Shown one piece after another: positions 1 to 9,563 of a DNA stretch of 48,539 nt. This DNA comes from Waddliaceae bacterium (GTDB taxonomy: Bacteria > Chlamydiota > Chlamydiia > Chlamydiales > SLFE01), in NCBI GenBank assembly GCA_963783885.1, contig CAWAPJ010000031.1, forward strand, positions 1 through 48,539. Reading direction: 5' to 3'. Positions within the stretch are counted from its first letter, which is position 1. Each line of letters begins with the position of its first letter. The translations under genes were made by a program, and so were the position numbers. A model generated the notes under the pieces. That model was not told where the DNA came from. It did no database searches and saw nothing but the letters and a program-made list of their open reading frames with translations.

Positions 1-102
1 AGAGGAGGGGAAATACCTGAACCCATACCGAACTCAGAAGTCAAGCCCTCCATCGCCGATGGTACTGCACGCAAGAGTGTGGAAGAGTAGGTCGCTGCCA
101 GG
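1..102 (+). rRNA. rrf: 5S rRNA, 5' end truncated by the window edge
   Basis: Typical 5S motifs (ACCTGAACCCATACCGAACTCAGAAGTCAAGC, CGCCGATGGTACTG, GAGTAGGTCGCTGCCAGG) followed by a T run. Confidence 0.95.
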
Positions 103-193
103 TTTTTTTTTGGAGTTTTGTAATTTGCCGGTTTTGTTCTTTGTGAGAGATGATCTAGCGGCCCATCTTTTGCATTTGACTCCTCGACAATAG

Positions 194-360
194 CTAGTGT
201 CCAGTCCCAAAAGTTTTTTCGACAAATTCCCATTATAAGCGTCGCGATGAGTCGATCATAAGCGGCTTAATATTAATCAATATTGAGCCGCTTATGATCG
301 ACTCAGCCCGGCAGCTTAGAATGAGAATTTGAACAAAAAACTTTTGGGACTGGACACTAG
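194..360. mobile_element. Palindromic MITE/RPE-like element 1 (~165 bp)
   Basis: 26-bp perfect terminal inverted repeat CTAGTGTCCAGTCCCAAAAGTTTTTT (194-219 / 335-360), a second imperfect stem, and a 27-bp inner stem (248-274 / 279-305) with one T.G pair; CTAG at both ends. Confidence 0.75.
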
Positions 361-462
361 TGGCTATTGCCTTCGTCGCCAAATTCAAAATCTGAATCAC
401 TATCTCACCCCTCACAAAGAACACACCGGCAAATCACAAAACTGTGTCTTGCAATCTGATCT

Positions 463-918
463 CTAGTCTCTGCTTTCTGCTTTTCTCAGCGGTTCAAAGG
501 TGTAGCCGTTGATTATTACTGTTGCTGTTTTTCTGGTTTGTCTTAATTCTTTGATTTTTTCTTCGGAAATGCTGCCTTTCAGGGTGAATTTTTTAAGCTG
601 ATCAATTTTCATAATCAGGGGAACATCAGGGTCTAAATCATCATCCATTTCAATCGTTAAGTTCTTCAATTTTTTGTGATTTCTTAAATTGGATAAATCA
701 AAAAAAATTGTGCAGTCGACTAATTTCAATGAATTTAAATTTGGAAAATATTGCTTAATTGCTTTTTGATGACACTCCATAAGTGTCGCACTTTTTAAAT
801 GGAGTTCATTATGTGGAGTGGTTTGTCTTTTCGACAAAACATAATTAAAAGCCACGTTGGGAGGAGGAAATTCAGTCAATGTTCTTTTTGTCCGCCGTTT
901 GCTCACAAAAAAACTCAT
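463..918 (-). CDS. Hypothetical protein with short leucine-rich-repeat-like segments
   Basis: 151-aa AT-rich ORF with LxxLxL patterns (FPNLNSLKL, KKLKNLTI, QLKKFTL). Confidence 0.55.
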   Translation of the reverse strand: MSFFVSKRRTKRTLTEFPPPNVAFNYVLSKRQTTPHNELHLKSATLMECHQKAIKQYFPNLNSLKLVDCTIFFDLSNLRNHKKLKNLTIEMDDDLDPDVPLIMKIDQLKKFTLKGSISEEKIKELRQTRKTATVIINGYTFEPLRKAESRD

Positions 919-985
919 AAGTTCTCCGTTGTTGATTTGTGTAAAATAAATTTTAAGAATGGTTGATTATCATTGCAAGAGATTA

Positions 986-1016
986 GATTTGGAGAGAATT
1001 CATTTCCCTCCAAATC
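986..1016 (-). terminator. Hairpin immediately after the cyclophilin stop codon, putative terminator
   Basis: GATTTGGAGAGAA...TTCCCTCCAAATC inverted repeat 8 nt past the stop; weak U-tract. Confidence 0.4.
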
Positions 1017-1024
1017 ATGAGGGG

Positions 1025-1567
1025 TTATTTGACGGTGATTTTTAAAATCTTGACTTGGGTATTGGGTTTGTCGGACGCATTGGTTTCAAGATTTTGAATT
1101 TTATCCACAATGTCGTAGCCTTCTGTCACCTCTCCAAATATTGTGTGGCGTCCATTGAGCCAAGGAGTAGGAGCTGTCGTAATAAAAAATTGGCTTCCAT
1201 TTGTATTTGGACCCCGGTTAGCCATTGCCAGTATGCCCGGTTTATCGAAAGTAACATCTGAAGAAAATTCATCCTCGAATTCATTTCCCCAGATTGACTC
1301 TCCGCCTGTGCCGTTGCCTTGAGGATCTCCCCCCTGAATCATAAAGTCCTTGATGACCCGATGAAAGATCGTCCCCTTATAATACCCGTCTTTTGAGTGG
1401 GTGACAAAGTTTTCTACAGTTTTGGGAGCTATGCCCGGCATGAGGGTTATTTCAATATTTCCTTGGGTGGTTTCAAGCGTCACCACGGGATTTTTTGCCA
1501 TTTCTGTCTCCTTAGCTTGTAAAAAAGTTAGTGATAAAACCGCACTTAATACGACAAATAGCTTCAT
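1025..1567 (-). CDS. Cyclophilin-type peptidyl-prolyl cis-trans isomerase with N-terminal signal peptide
   Basis: [32 protein letters not shown] and HTIFGEV motifs; start moved to MKLFVV, which has GGAGGT upstream. Confidence 0.95.
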   Translation of the reverse strand: MKLFVVLSAVLSLTFLQAKETEMAKNPVVTLETTQGNIEITLMPGIAPKTVENFVTHSKDGYYKGTIFHRVIKDFMIQGGDPQGNGTGGESIWGNEFEDEFSSDVTFDKPGILAMANRGPNTNGSQFFITTAPTPWLNGRHTIFGEVTEGYDIVDKIQNLETNASDKPNTQVKILKITVK

Positions 1568-1709
1568 AATACCTCCTATTGGCGTAAATCTTGAGAAAGC
1601 ACGATTTATAATAATATCATGGATTTGGCTGTATTTCCATGAAAAAAAGGCATTTTTGATGCTTTGGCATGAAATTTTCTTATTCTCGAACAGAATGCGA
1701 GGATTGCTT

Positions 1710-2780
1710 ATGCTGACGACAAATCGTTCATTTAAATTGTTCATTATAGGGGTTGTATTAATTTTTGCCAGCCTCATTCCCTATTATTGGGGAGTCCATC
1801 AGGTCTCCACTAATACAGTTATTCGGGCTGCTCTGGATATAGGGTCGGGAGCGACCAAACTCAGAGTTGCTGAAGTCGATCTCAACAAAAATAAGATCGT
1901 CAAAACGATTGTCAATACGCAGATTTCCGTTCCCTATCAGTTGGCATTAAGCAAAAGCGGCAACCAGACGATAGATGAAAAAACTATGGAGCAGGGTATT
2001 GAGGCAATAAAAAAATTGAAGAAATTGGCTGTAGAAAATCAGGCCAAAAAAATTGTCGGAGTAGCTACGGCTTCATTTAGGAAAGCGCATAACGGCGAAG
2101 AATTCGCTCAAAGAATTTTTAAAGAAACCGGAGTTCCTGTTTTTATAGTCGACCAGAAAGATGAAGGTGAACTCGGATTTTATGCCGTTGAAGCGACAAC
2201 GCCTATTGATGAGCATAAGGTGATTGTTTGGGATATCGGTGGGGGAAGTTTGCAGCTAACAGCGATGGACAAAGAAGGTAATATTATCGTCTATCGGGGG
2301 CATGAAGCCTCAATCCCTTTTCGGCAATATGTGATCCAAAATATTCAGGGGCGGGATGTCAAAATTTACGAGACTCCGAATCCTATGACTCTGGATGAAA
2401 TGAATCATGCCGAAAAACACGCCAGGCAGCTTGCTGCAAGTGTCGACCAATTTTTCAAAGACAAGATTAAAAACCCGGAAACAAATGTTTATGGGATAGG
2501 TAGTATCTTCAGCTTGGGGATTGAACCGCTGGCAAAGAAAAATCCTTTTACTGCGCAAGATCTCACTGAGGCTGTCAAACCACTGGCGGGGAAAACCGAT
2601 GAAGAGATGGGCGGAGGCGAGTTTGCGAATGTGAAGGCCACAAATGCTCTTTTAGTTATCGGCTTTATGAAAGAACTGGATATCAAAAAAGTGACGGTTG
2701 TCGATGTTAACGTCGCCGATGGAGCCTTTTTTGTCAAAAAGTTTTGGAAGCCTGATGAAGCTATGATTCAAAAGGATTAG
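1710..2780 (+). CDS. Ppx/GppA phosphatase family (ASKHA) protein with N-terminal membrane anchor
   Basis: [23 protein letters not shown] and WDIGGGS motifs; hydrophobic N-terminus; no C-terminal HD domain; start moved to MLTTN. Confidence 0.85.
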   Translation: MLTTNRSFKLFIIGVVLIFASLIPYYWGVHQVSTNTVIRAALDIGSGATKLRVAEVDLNKNKIVKTIVNTQISVPYQLALSKSGNQTIDEKTMEQGIEAIKKLKKLAVENQAKKIVGVATASFRKAHNGEEFAQRIFKETGVPVFIVDQKDEGELGFYAVEATTPIDEHKVIVWDIGGGSLQLTAMDKEGNIIVYRGHEASIPFRQYVIQNIQGRDVKIYETPNPMTLDEMNHAEKHARQLAASVDQFFKDKIKNPETNVYGIGSIFSLGIEPLAKKNPFTAQDLTEAVKPLAGKTDEEMGGGEFANVKATNALLVIGFMKELDIKKVTVVDVNVADGAFFVKKFWKPDEAMIQKD

Positions 2781-2794
2781 GAAGGAGAATAATT

Positions 2795-3424
2795 ATGGAA
2801 ACTAAAGGGTTTTCTGTTGGGGAATTTGTGAAAAAAGGGTGGCATATGATGCGTGAACATATGGCCTTTTTTATCGGATTCCTGCTTGTTTATTTTGTAT
2901 TGTCTATTATTCCTCGCGTAATCACCTTAATTTATCCGCATATTCACGTAGGAATATTAGCAGTCATTCAAATTGTTTTTTTTATTTTAGCGTTTGTGGT
3001 GTGGATCGGATTTTTGAAATCTGCGCTTAAGGTGGTTGATGGAAAAAGTCTCACATATGCAGACCTTTTCAGCAGTTTTCCGATAATCGTGCAATTTTTT
3101 ATCGCATGGGTAATCTATGGGTTGATTGTCCTTGTCGGATTCATTCTGCTTGTCTTTCCGGCTGCTATATGGGGATCGCGCTATTTTCTGTGGCCCTTTA
3201 TTATTGTTGACAAAGGTGTCGGTCCGATAAAGGCTTTGGAAATGAGCGGGAAAATGACCATGGGAGTTAAATGGGACATTTTCATGCTCTTAATTGCGAC
3301 AACAATCATTACTTTGCTTGGTGTCTTGTGCCTTTTTGTTGGTTGGTTTGTCGCCATGCCCGCCGCGACTATAGCACAAGTTGCCACTTACAGAATGCTT
3401 GAATCTCAGCATCAAAATGTGTAA
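2795..3424 (+). CDS. Integral membrane protein (DUF975-like)
   Basis: Several TM helices, 'PFIIVDKGVGPIKALEMS' motif, GAAGGAG RBS. Confidence 0.7.
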   Translation: METKGFSVGEFVKKGWHMMREHMAFFIGFLLVYFVLSIIPRVITLIYPHIHVGILAVIQIVFFILAFVVWIGFLKSALKVVDGKSLTYADLFSSFPIIVQFFIAWVIYGLIVLVGFILLVFPAAIWGSRYFLWPFIIVDKGVGPIKALEMSGKMTMGVKWDIFMLLIATTIITLLGVLCLFVGWFVAMPAATIAQVATYRMLESQHQNV

Positions 3425-3431
3425 ACTTAAT

Positions 3432-3470
3432 ATCGCAGCGAGCAGGTATAACCCTGCCCGCTGCGATTTT
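3432..3470 (+). terminator. GC-rich hairpin with short U-tract (intrinsic terminator-like)
   Basis: ATCGCAGCGAGCAGG-TATAAC-CCTGCCCGCTGCGAT-TTT between the membrane-protein gene and the ABC ATPase gene. Confidence 0.65.
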
Positions 3471-3472
3471 CT

Positions 3473-4378
3473 ATGAGCGTGCCTTTAAAGATAGAACATC
3501 TGACAAAAAATTACGGTCCTTTGCGGGCCGTTGACGATGTGAGTTTTGATATTCAGGAAGGGGAGATCTTCGGTCTTTTAGGGCCTAATGGGGCCGGCAA
3601 GACTTCCATTATTTCCATCATCACGACGCTTGAGGAGCCGACAGGAGGAGCTGCCTCCGTTTATGGCTATAATGTAGCAGAAAATCCCAAACAGGCTAAA
3701 TATGTGACGGGATGCGTGCCCCAGGAGCTGGTTCATCACGGATTTTTTTCTCTAGAAGAGGTCTTAGCTTTCCAGTCGGGATATTATGGGAAGTGGGAAA
3801 ACAGCAAAAGGATTGAATATCTCATAGATAAACTCGATCTTCAGGCCCACCGTAAAAAGAGGGTCAAGGAGCTCAGCGGGGGGATGAAGCGCCGAATGCT
3901 GATCGCCAAAGCGCTAGTTCACGAGCCGAAGCTTCTCCTTCTTGATGAGCCGACAGCCGGCGTCGATATCGAACTGAGGTCGACTCTTTGGGACTTTTGC
4001 CGCGAGCTTCAAAAGCAGGGAGTGTCGATTTTGTTGACAACGCATTACCTCGAAGAGGCCGAAGCTCTTTGCGACAGAGTTGGCTTTTTAGACAAAGGAG
4101 AACTCAAACTTCTTGGAAAGCCGAAAGATCTCATCAAGCAGCTCACCGAAAGAGAAGTTGTCATGGTATTAAAAGCACCTGTTGCCCCTGTGGTGCACCC
4201 TCATCTGGTTAGTCAATCCGACCACCAGCTGACTTTCAGGTTTGCCTCTTCAAAAAGCATGGGCGACCTGATTGCCGAACTTCCTCTGGATATTCGAGGC
4301 GTACAGGACTTCATTATTAGGGAAGGTAAACTTGAACAAGCATTCGAACGGATTATTTATAAAAAACATGGATATTAA
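3473..4378 (+). CDS. ABC-2 type transporter ATP-binding protein (YadG-like)
   Basis: Walker A GPNGAGKT, signature LSGGMKRR, Walker B LLLLDEPT. Confidence 0.93.
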   Translation: MSVPLKIEHLTKNYGPLRAVDDVSFDIQEGEIFGLLGPNGAGKTSIISIITTLEEPTGGAASVYGYNVAENPKQAKYVTGCVPQELVHHGFFSLEEVLAFQSGYYGKWENSKRIEYLIDKLDLQAHRKKRVKELSGGMKRRMLIAKALVHEPKLLLLDEPTAGVDIELRSTLWDFCRELQKQGVSILLTTHYLEEAEALCDRVGFLDKGELKLLGKPKDLIKQLTEREVVMVLKAPVAPVVHPHLVSQSDHQLTFRFASSKSMGDLIAELPLDIRGVQDFIIREGKLEQAFERIIYKKHGY

Positions 4379-5159
4379 TACCCCGCTTATACCTTTTGCC
4401 ACCTTATTTACTCGAGAAGTGAAACGCTTCATGAGAGTGATATTCCAAACGATTGCCACACCTTTGATCAGCACAAGCTTGTATCTGTTGATTTTCGGAC
4501 TCAGCCTCGGAGGCAGCATCAAGGTTCTTCCGGGAGTTTCTTATCTGGCATTTTTGATTCCCGGCCTCATTATGATGGGTGCGCTGAGAAATTCCTTTGA
4601 CAACGCTGTAGGATCGATCGTCACATCAAAATTTGTCGGCGAACTTGAAGATCTAAAAATGGCGCCGTTAAGTTCTTTGCAAATTGTTCTAGCGATGGGG
4701 CTTTCCGCAACCCTCCGAGGATTTATCGTGGCAGGGATCACTCTTCTTATCGGATATGGCTTCTTTTGGGCAGCTGAAGAGACTATTTTAATGGTTCGCC
4801 ATCCCTTCATTCTTGTACTTTTTTTATTTGTCGGTTCGATGGCCTTTGCCAATTTAGGGCTTACGGTTTGTATGATGGCGGTAAATTTTGAGCAGGTCAA
4901 TGCCATGAATACCTTCATTTTACTGCCTCTGATTTATTTGGGAGGGGTTTTCTTCTCGCTTAACCAGCTTCATCCAATCTGGCAGGTTATCTCTCAATTC
5001 AACCCGCTGCTTTGGATGGTCAACGGAGTTCGGTATGGAGTATTAGGAATTTCCGACGTTAACGTTGCCGCTGCTTTCGGTGTGACTTTCGCAACTTGGA
5101 TTTTGTGTTTTCTCAGTGCCCTTTGGAGTCTCAAGAAAGGGTCTTATCATCGCTGGTAG
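4368..5159 (+). CDS. ABC-2 type transporter permease (YadH-like)
   Basis: REVKRF, YLAFLIPGL, LGGVFFS and NPLLWMVNGVRYG motifs; overlaps the ATPase stop codon. Confidence 0.92.
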   Translation: MDINTPLIPFATLFTREVKRFMRVIFQTIATPLISTSLYLLIFGLSLGGSIKVLPGVSYLAFLIPGLIMMGALRNSFDNAVGSIVTSKFVGELEDLKMAPLSSLQIVLAMGLSATLRGFIVAGITLLIGYGFFWAAEETILMVRHPFILVLFLFVGSMAFANLGLTVCMMAVNFEQVNAMNTFILLPLIYLGGVFFSLNQLHPIWQVISQFNPLLWMVNGVRYGVLGISDVNVAAAFGVTFATWILCFLSALWSLKKGSYHRW

Positions 5160-6735
5160 CTGCTTTCGCTTTGCTTGTGTAATGGATAAATATCATAAAA
5201 ACGAGTACGAGAACCAAGCTGAGGACGAGAGGCAGGGTATAAGAGAAAGCTGCGTGGCTGCCGATCATGAATCCGGCTGCTAAAAATCCTGCAGAGCTTG
5301 CCGCAAAAGGGGGGATGGAATAAAACCATTGTGTTTTGAAATGGTCGACAGGATGGCATTTAGCCCCTGCTGATGACAAGATTGTTGAATCGGAAAGCAA
5401 GGAAATATGATCGCCAAAAGCCGCGCCTGAAAGGATAGCCCCCAAAGAAGGAAGTAAGATGGGTATCTGTTCGAGAGTCGCCGGGGCGGCCACTCCCTGC
5501 ATTCCCATCACAGTCGGAGTAATAAGCGGAAGAAATATGGCCACTGTTCCCCAAGATGTTCCGAGAGAGGCCGCGACAATCGAGCTTAGCCAAAAACAGA
5601 TAAGAGGCAGAAAGGCAATTGAAATTGATTCGGAGATCAGCGAAGAAATTTCCTTGCCCAGTTTTAAATCGAACTTTAGAATATCTGCCAACGTCCAGGC
5701 CAGCACAATGACCAAGGCGCTTCGGAAGCTGCTTGTGCAGTTTTGGATAATAATCCCTAGTGACTGCGTTATTTTAAACCTTCCCGAAAGTCGAAAATAT
5801 GCGACAGATACTATGAGAGCTGATGTCGAGGAAGCAAACAGAACAAAAGATATCGGAGTGCGGGTCATGAGCTGCCAGATTGATGTGCTTCCTTTGTCCA
5901 TGATAAACACATAGACAGCAATAAATAAGGGAAAGAGTAGGATGGGAATAAAAAAATCCGTAATCTTTGCCGATGATGAACTTTGAGAGGAAACTAACGA
6001 GTCGTCAGTAAAGGGATTTTCATATTTTTTCATTAATTCCAGCGATATGCGCGATCTGACTATCAACCAGAGAGTCGCGATTATCGTTAATGAATAGAGA
6101 ATATAAGGGATTGTTAAAAAGTAGATTGAATTAGGGTTCTCAAGAAGGATGGTTCCCTTTTCCACTTCCGGATGAACGCCGTTGTTGCTAAGAAGCCCGA
6201 TTACTAGAGCGGTAAAGCAGGAAAAGGGGCATATCGCCACAAGAGGTCCCGACATTGAATCGGCGAGAAAGGCTGTTTTGACTCGGGGAATTTTAAAACG
6301 GTCGAGGATGGGCCTCATAATCGAACTCACTGTAATGCTGCTGAGGCACCCGTCTATAAACAGCCCGTGAGAAAGTAAAAGCGAAGTTGTTTCGGCACCC
6401 CTGGAATCTTTAATTCTGCGGCTTGCTAAAGAGACCAATGCTTTGATTCCATTGGACTTTTTTACGAGTGTAAACAAAGCGCTTGAAGCAAAAATAAACC
6501 CGACAATAAATAATTTAGTGCTGCATGTGAAAGAGTCCCATGAGGACCACTTGTCAGTCTCGCAATTCATCAATAGGCGATGTGCTATCAGGTTAAAAGA
6601 GCCAAAAATCGAGCCGCTTGTGGCAATTAAACCGCCAAGTAAAATTCCTATTGAGAGCGATGGAATAATCCTGTGCGAGATAACCCCTATAACAAACACC
6701 ACTAGGGCGGGAAGGAATGGCAGTAGTCCGTCCAT
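5131..6735 (-). CDS. Na+/H+ antiporter NhaC-family (ion transporter superfamily) protein
   Basis: GTSWGT, GAAFGDHISLLSDSTILSS and HFKTQ motifs; many TM helices. Confidence 0.85.
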   Translation of the reverse strand: MDGLLPFLPALVVFVIGVISHRIIPSLSIGILLGGLIATSGSIFGSFNLIAHRLLMNCETDKWSSWDSFTCSTKLFIVGFIFASSALFTLVKKSNGIKALVSLASRRIKDSRGAETTSLLLSHGLFIDGCLSSITVSSIMRPILDRFKIPRVKTAFLADSMSGPLVAICPFSCFTALVIGLLSNNGVHPEVEKGTILLENPNSIYFLTIPYILYSLTIIATLWLIVRSRISLELMKKYENPFTDDSLVSSQSSSSAKITDFFIPILLFPLFIAVYVFIMDKGSTSIWQLMTRTPISFVLFASSTSALIVSVAYFRLSGRFKITQSLGIIIQNCTSSFRSALVIVLAWTLADILKFDLKLGKEISSLISESISIAFLPLICFWLSSIVAASLGTSWGTVAIFLPLITPTVMGMQGVAAPATLEQIPILLPSLGAILSGAAFGDHISLLSDSTILSSAGAKCHPVDHFKTQWFYSIPPFAASSAGFLAAGFMIGSHAAFSYTLPLVLSLVLVLVFMIFIHYTSKAKAATSDDKTLS

Positions 6736-6826
6736 AACTTCATAAAAGCATAAATTAGAATAATTTATAATAAGTTTTCTAAATATTTAAATTTTAATAA
6801 AATAGTTTTAGATAGGAGGAAATTAT

Positions 6827-7036
6827 ATGGTTACACGGCAGTTGAATTGGATAGTGACGCTGGTCATGTCGATTTTATTTGGAGGGCTTGGCGTTGACCG
6901 CTTTATGATGGGCCATATCTGGCTTGGAATACTTAAGTTCCTGACGGCAGGAGGTTTTGGTATTTGGTGGCTTGTGGATATTATTTTGATTGCGACAAAG
7001 TACCCTTTCGAAGGGGTGGAGTGGGACACACCTTGA
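6827..7036 (+). CDS. TM2 domain-containing small membrane protein
   Basis: LGVDRFMMG...GILKFLTAGGFGIWWLVDIILI is the TM2 signature; AGGAGA RBS. Confidence 0.9.
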   Translation: MVTRQLNWIVTLVMSILFGGLGVDRFMMGHIWLGILKFLTAGGFGIWWLVDIILIATKYPFEGVEWDTP

Positions 7037-7188
7037 CGGCGAAAAATGTACGCAAGCTTTTGATAAAGGTTGGGGCGGCTATGATATGCCTTTTAGCAGT
7101 CCCATCCTGCGATAGGAACGCGGACAATATGAAGCAGATTGAGAAGCCGAACACCGGCCCCCAGGGGGATATCATTCAGGACGACTGA
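7033..7188 (+). CDS. Possible small lipoprotein
   Basis: TTG start overlapping the TM2 stop codon; basic N-terminus, hydrophobic stretch and 'LAVPSC' lipobox-like motif. Confidence 0.3.
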   Translation: MTAKNVRKLLIKVGAAMICLLAVPSCDRNADNMKQIEKPNTGPQGDIIQDD

Positions 7189-8513
7189 ATTTTCCTTCCA
7201 AAAAGGGTTTGATTGTTATAGCCGTGCAATTTGACGTTGACGAGTTCTCCGACGTCTTTTTTGGTTCCGGGAAAAAGAACATTTTTCCAGCAGCGTGTGC
7301 GTCCTTTAACTAAATGCGGATCTTTTGCATTTACCGATTCCACGAGGATTTCTACCGTCTCGCCCAGCATTTGCTGCCTCTGCTTGGCGTAAATCGTATC
7401 CTGCAGTTCCATAAGACGGTGAAGCCTCTCTTGTTTGACCTCGTCGGGGATATCGTCTTTCCACCTCATGGCCGGCGTCCCTTTGCGGGCGCTGTAGGCG
7501 AAAAGAAACGCGACTGAGTACTCAATTTCTTTGAGCGCATCATAGGTCATTTTAAATTCTTCTTCGGTTTCCGTAGGAAAGCCGACGATAATATCGGTCC
7601 CTAAAGCGACATCGGGAACGATTTCCCTGAACATCGCGATTTTTTCCATGTACTGTTCCAAGGTATAGATGCGGTGCATTTTCCTCAGAATGCGGCTGGA
7701 GCCGGCCTGAATCGGGAAGTGGACAAATTCACAAAGAGAGTCCAGGTCGCGGACCGCTTCCATCAATTCCCGTGTGATATCGACAGGATGGCTTGTCATA
7801 AAGCGCACGCGTTCTATGCCTTCGATTTTGTCAATGCGGTAAAGCAGGTCGTGAAAGAGGCAGCCCATTTCGGGCTTGTCCTTGCCATAACTGTTGACAT
7901 TTTGGCCGAGCAGGGTGACTTCCTTGTACCCCTGATCTGCCAAGAGCCGGCATTCATTGATAATGTCGGCATAATCCCTGGAAACTTCAGGCCCCCTTGT
8001 ATAGGGCACAACGCAGTAGGTGCAGTATTTGTCGCACCCCCGTATGATCGATATATACGCTTTGACTTTGTCGTCCCGTTTGGCCTTAGTATAGTCAAGT
8101 TCAAATGTGAACTGATCGTCGGTTTTAAACGATTGCCTGCCGGTGGAAATGACCTCGTCAAGGACGAAATTCAGGTCGTGGATATTATTAGTCCCTAGTA
8201 CAAAGTCTATGTGGGGGAGTTTGCGAAATAGAGAGTCTTTTTTCGCGTTCGCCATGCATCCGGTGACACCTATTAAGGGGTTTTTTCTCTTTTTCCTTCC
8301 CAGTTGGCCGATCTTCCCCATGACCTTTCTCTCAGCGAGGTCCCGAATGGAGCAGGTGTTATAAATAAGGAGGTCCGCTTCATTTTCCAATAGGGTCCGC
8401 TCCAATCCCCGCTCTTCCAGAATGCCCACCATTATTTCGGTGTCGAGTTCGTTCATCTGACACCCGTAGGTGCGGATATAAAAAGTTTTTGGATTCCTAT
8501 TCTGCTTTTCCAT
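7176..8513 (-). CDS. miaB: tRNA-2-methylthio-N6-dimethylallyladenosine synthase
   Basis: TYGCQMN UPF0004 domain, radical SAM motif CDKYCTYC, C-terminal TRAM domain. Confidence 0.96.
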   Translation of the reverse strand: MEKQNRNPKTFYIRTYGCQMNELDTEIMVGILEERGLERTLLENEADLLIYNTCSIRDLAERKVMGKIGQLGRKKRKNPLIGVTGCMANAKKDSLFRKLPHIDFVLGTNNIHDLNFVLDEVISTGRQSFKTDDQFTFELDYTKAKRDDKVKAYISIIRGCDKYCTYCVVPYTRGPEVSRDYADIINECRLLADQGYKEVTLLGQNVNSYGKDKPEMGCLFHDLLYRIDKIEGIERVRFMTSHPVDITRELMEAVRDLDSLCEFVHFPIQAGSSRILRKMHRIYTLEQYMEKIAMFREIVPDVALGTDIIVGFPTETEEEFKMTYDALKEIEYSVAFLFAYSARKGTPAMRWKDDIPDEVKQERLHRLMELQDTIYAKQRQQMLGETVEILVESVNAKDPHLVKGRTRCWKNVLFPGTKKDVGELVNVKLHGYNNQTLFGRKIQSS

Positions 8514-8629
8514 GCGTTTAAGGATAAATCATCTCAAACTTTTAGGAAAGAGGATTTTTTTCTTGGCAAAAAGCTGTTAAAACGTTAATATATGAGCTTT
8601 AAACGACAAAAATCTAAGGTTATCCGACA

Positions 8630-9088
8630 ATGAAACAACATAACAAAGCTAAGATTCAAAAAACTTTTTTAAAGCGCAAAGAGGACGTTAACCGGAAATG
8701 GTTTATTCTGGATGCGGCCGGAAAAACGCTTGGTCGATTTTGTTCCGAAATTGCCAATATATTGCGCGGCAAGCACAACCCCGAATATACCCCTTATGTC
8801 GATTGCGGCGATGGAGTCATTGTTATAAACGCCGCTCAAATACGGTTGACCGGAAATAAGGAAGCGCAGAAGGTTTATCGCCGTTACACAGGCTATATAG
8901 GGGGTTTGCGCGAGACTGATTTTTATACCCAGATGGAGCGCGATCCTACGTTTGTTATCCATCATGCAGTCAAAGGCATGCTTCCCAAAAAGTCGAGCAT
9001 CGGAAGAAATCAGGCGACCCGCTTGCGCGTCTTTGCGGGCGAGAGCCACGATATGCAAGCCCAGAAACCGGTAAAAGTAAATATTTAA
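8630..9088 (+). CDS. rplM: 50S ribosomal protein L13
   Basis: WFILDAAGKTLGR, LRGKHNPEYTP and AVKGMLPK motifs. Confidence 0.98.
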   Translation: MKQHNKAKIQKTFLKRKEDVNRKWFILDAAGKTLGRFCSEIANILRGKHNPEYTPYVDCGDGVIVINAAQIRLTGNKEAQKVYRRYTGYIGGLRETDFYTQMERDPTFVIHHAVKGMLPKKSSIGRNQATRLRVFAGESHDMQAQKPVKVNI

Positions 9089-9099
9089 GGTGATTAAGA

Positions 9100-9507
9100 A
9101 TGGCAAAAAAAGAAGAAACAACTGAAGAATATGTCGCCACTGGACGAAGGAAAACGGCTGTTGCCTCAGTGAGGCTTCGACCCGGGTCGGGCAATGTCGA
9201 TATTAACGCGAGAGAATTTAAGGACTACTTTCCAAGCGAATTTCAACGAAACAATGTCTTGTCGCCATTGGAAAAGGTTGAGGGAAAGGATAAATATGAC
9301 CTTGTCGTTCGAGTCAAGGGAGGGGGTATTGAAGCCCAAGCAACAGCGATTAGGCTGGGCCTTTCAAGAGCGCTGGTTCTGGAAGATGAAGACCGTCGCC
9401 AGCATCTGAAAACAGAAGGGTATCTGACTCGCGATCCCCGTAAGAAAGAACGTAAAAAATACGGTCTTGCCGGGGCAAGGAAACGTTTCCAGTACTCAAA
9501 ACGATAA
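9100..9507 (+). CDS. rpsI: 30S ribosomal protein S9
   Basis: TGRRKTAVA; LTRDPRKKERKKYGLAGARKRFQYSKR. Confidence 0.98.
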   Translation: MAKKEETTEEYVATGRRKTAVASVRLRPGSGNVDINAREFKDYFPSEFQRNNVLSPLEKVEGKDKYDLVVRVKGGGIEAQATAIRLGLSRALVLEDEDRRQHLKTEGYLTRDPRKKERKKYGLAGARKRFQYSKR

Positions 9508-9523
9508 TTCTTCTACGGAGTTC

Positions 9524-9561
9524 AAAGAACCCTGGCTATTTAGCTTAGGGTTCTTTTTTTT
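9524..9561 (+). terminator. Intrinsic terminator of rplM-rpsI, possibly bidirectional
   Basis: AAAGAACCCT...AGGGTTCTTT stem followed by a T run, between convergent rpsI and ssb. Confidence 0.85.
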
Positions 9562-9563
9562 CC

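Noticed and set aside
34-424. Two 63-aa minus-strand ORFs (34-225, 233-424)
   Set aside because: They overlap the 5S rRNA and the palindromic element and have no protein features
1401-1777. Apparent long overlap of the cyclophilin and Ppx/GppA ORFs
   Set aside because: Artefact of longest-ORF starts; the likely starts at 1567 (-) and 1710 (+) leave a normal divergent gap
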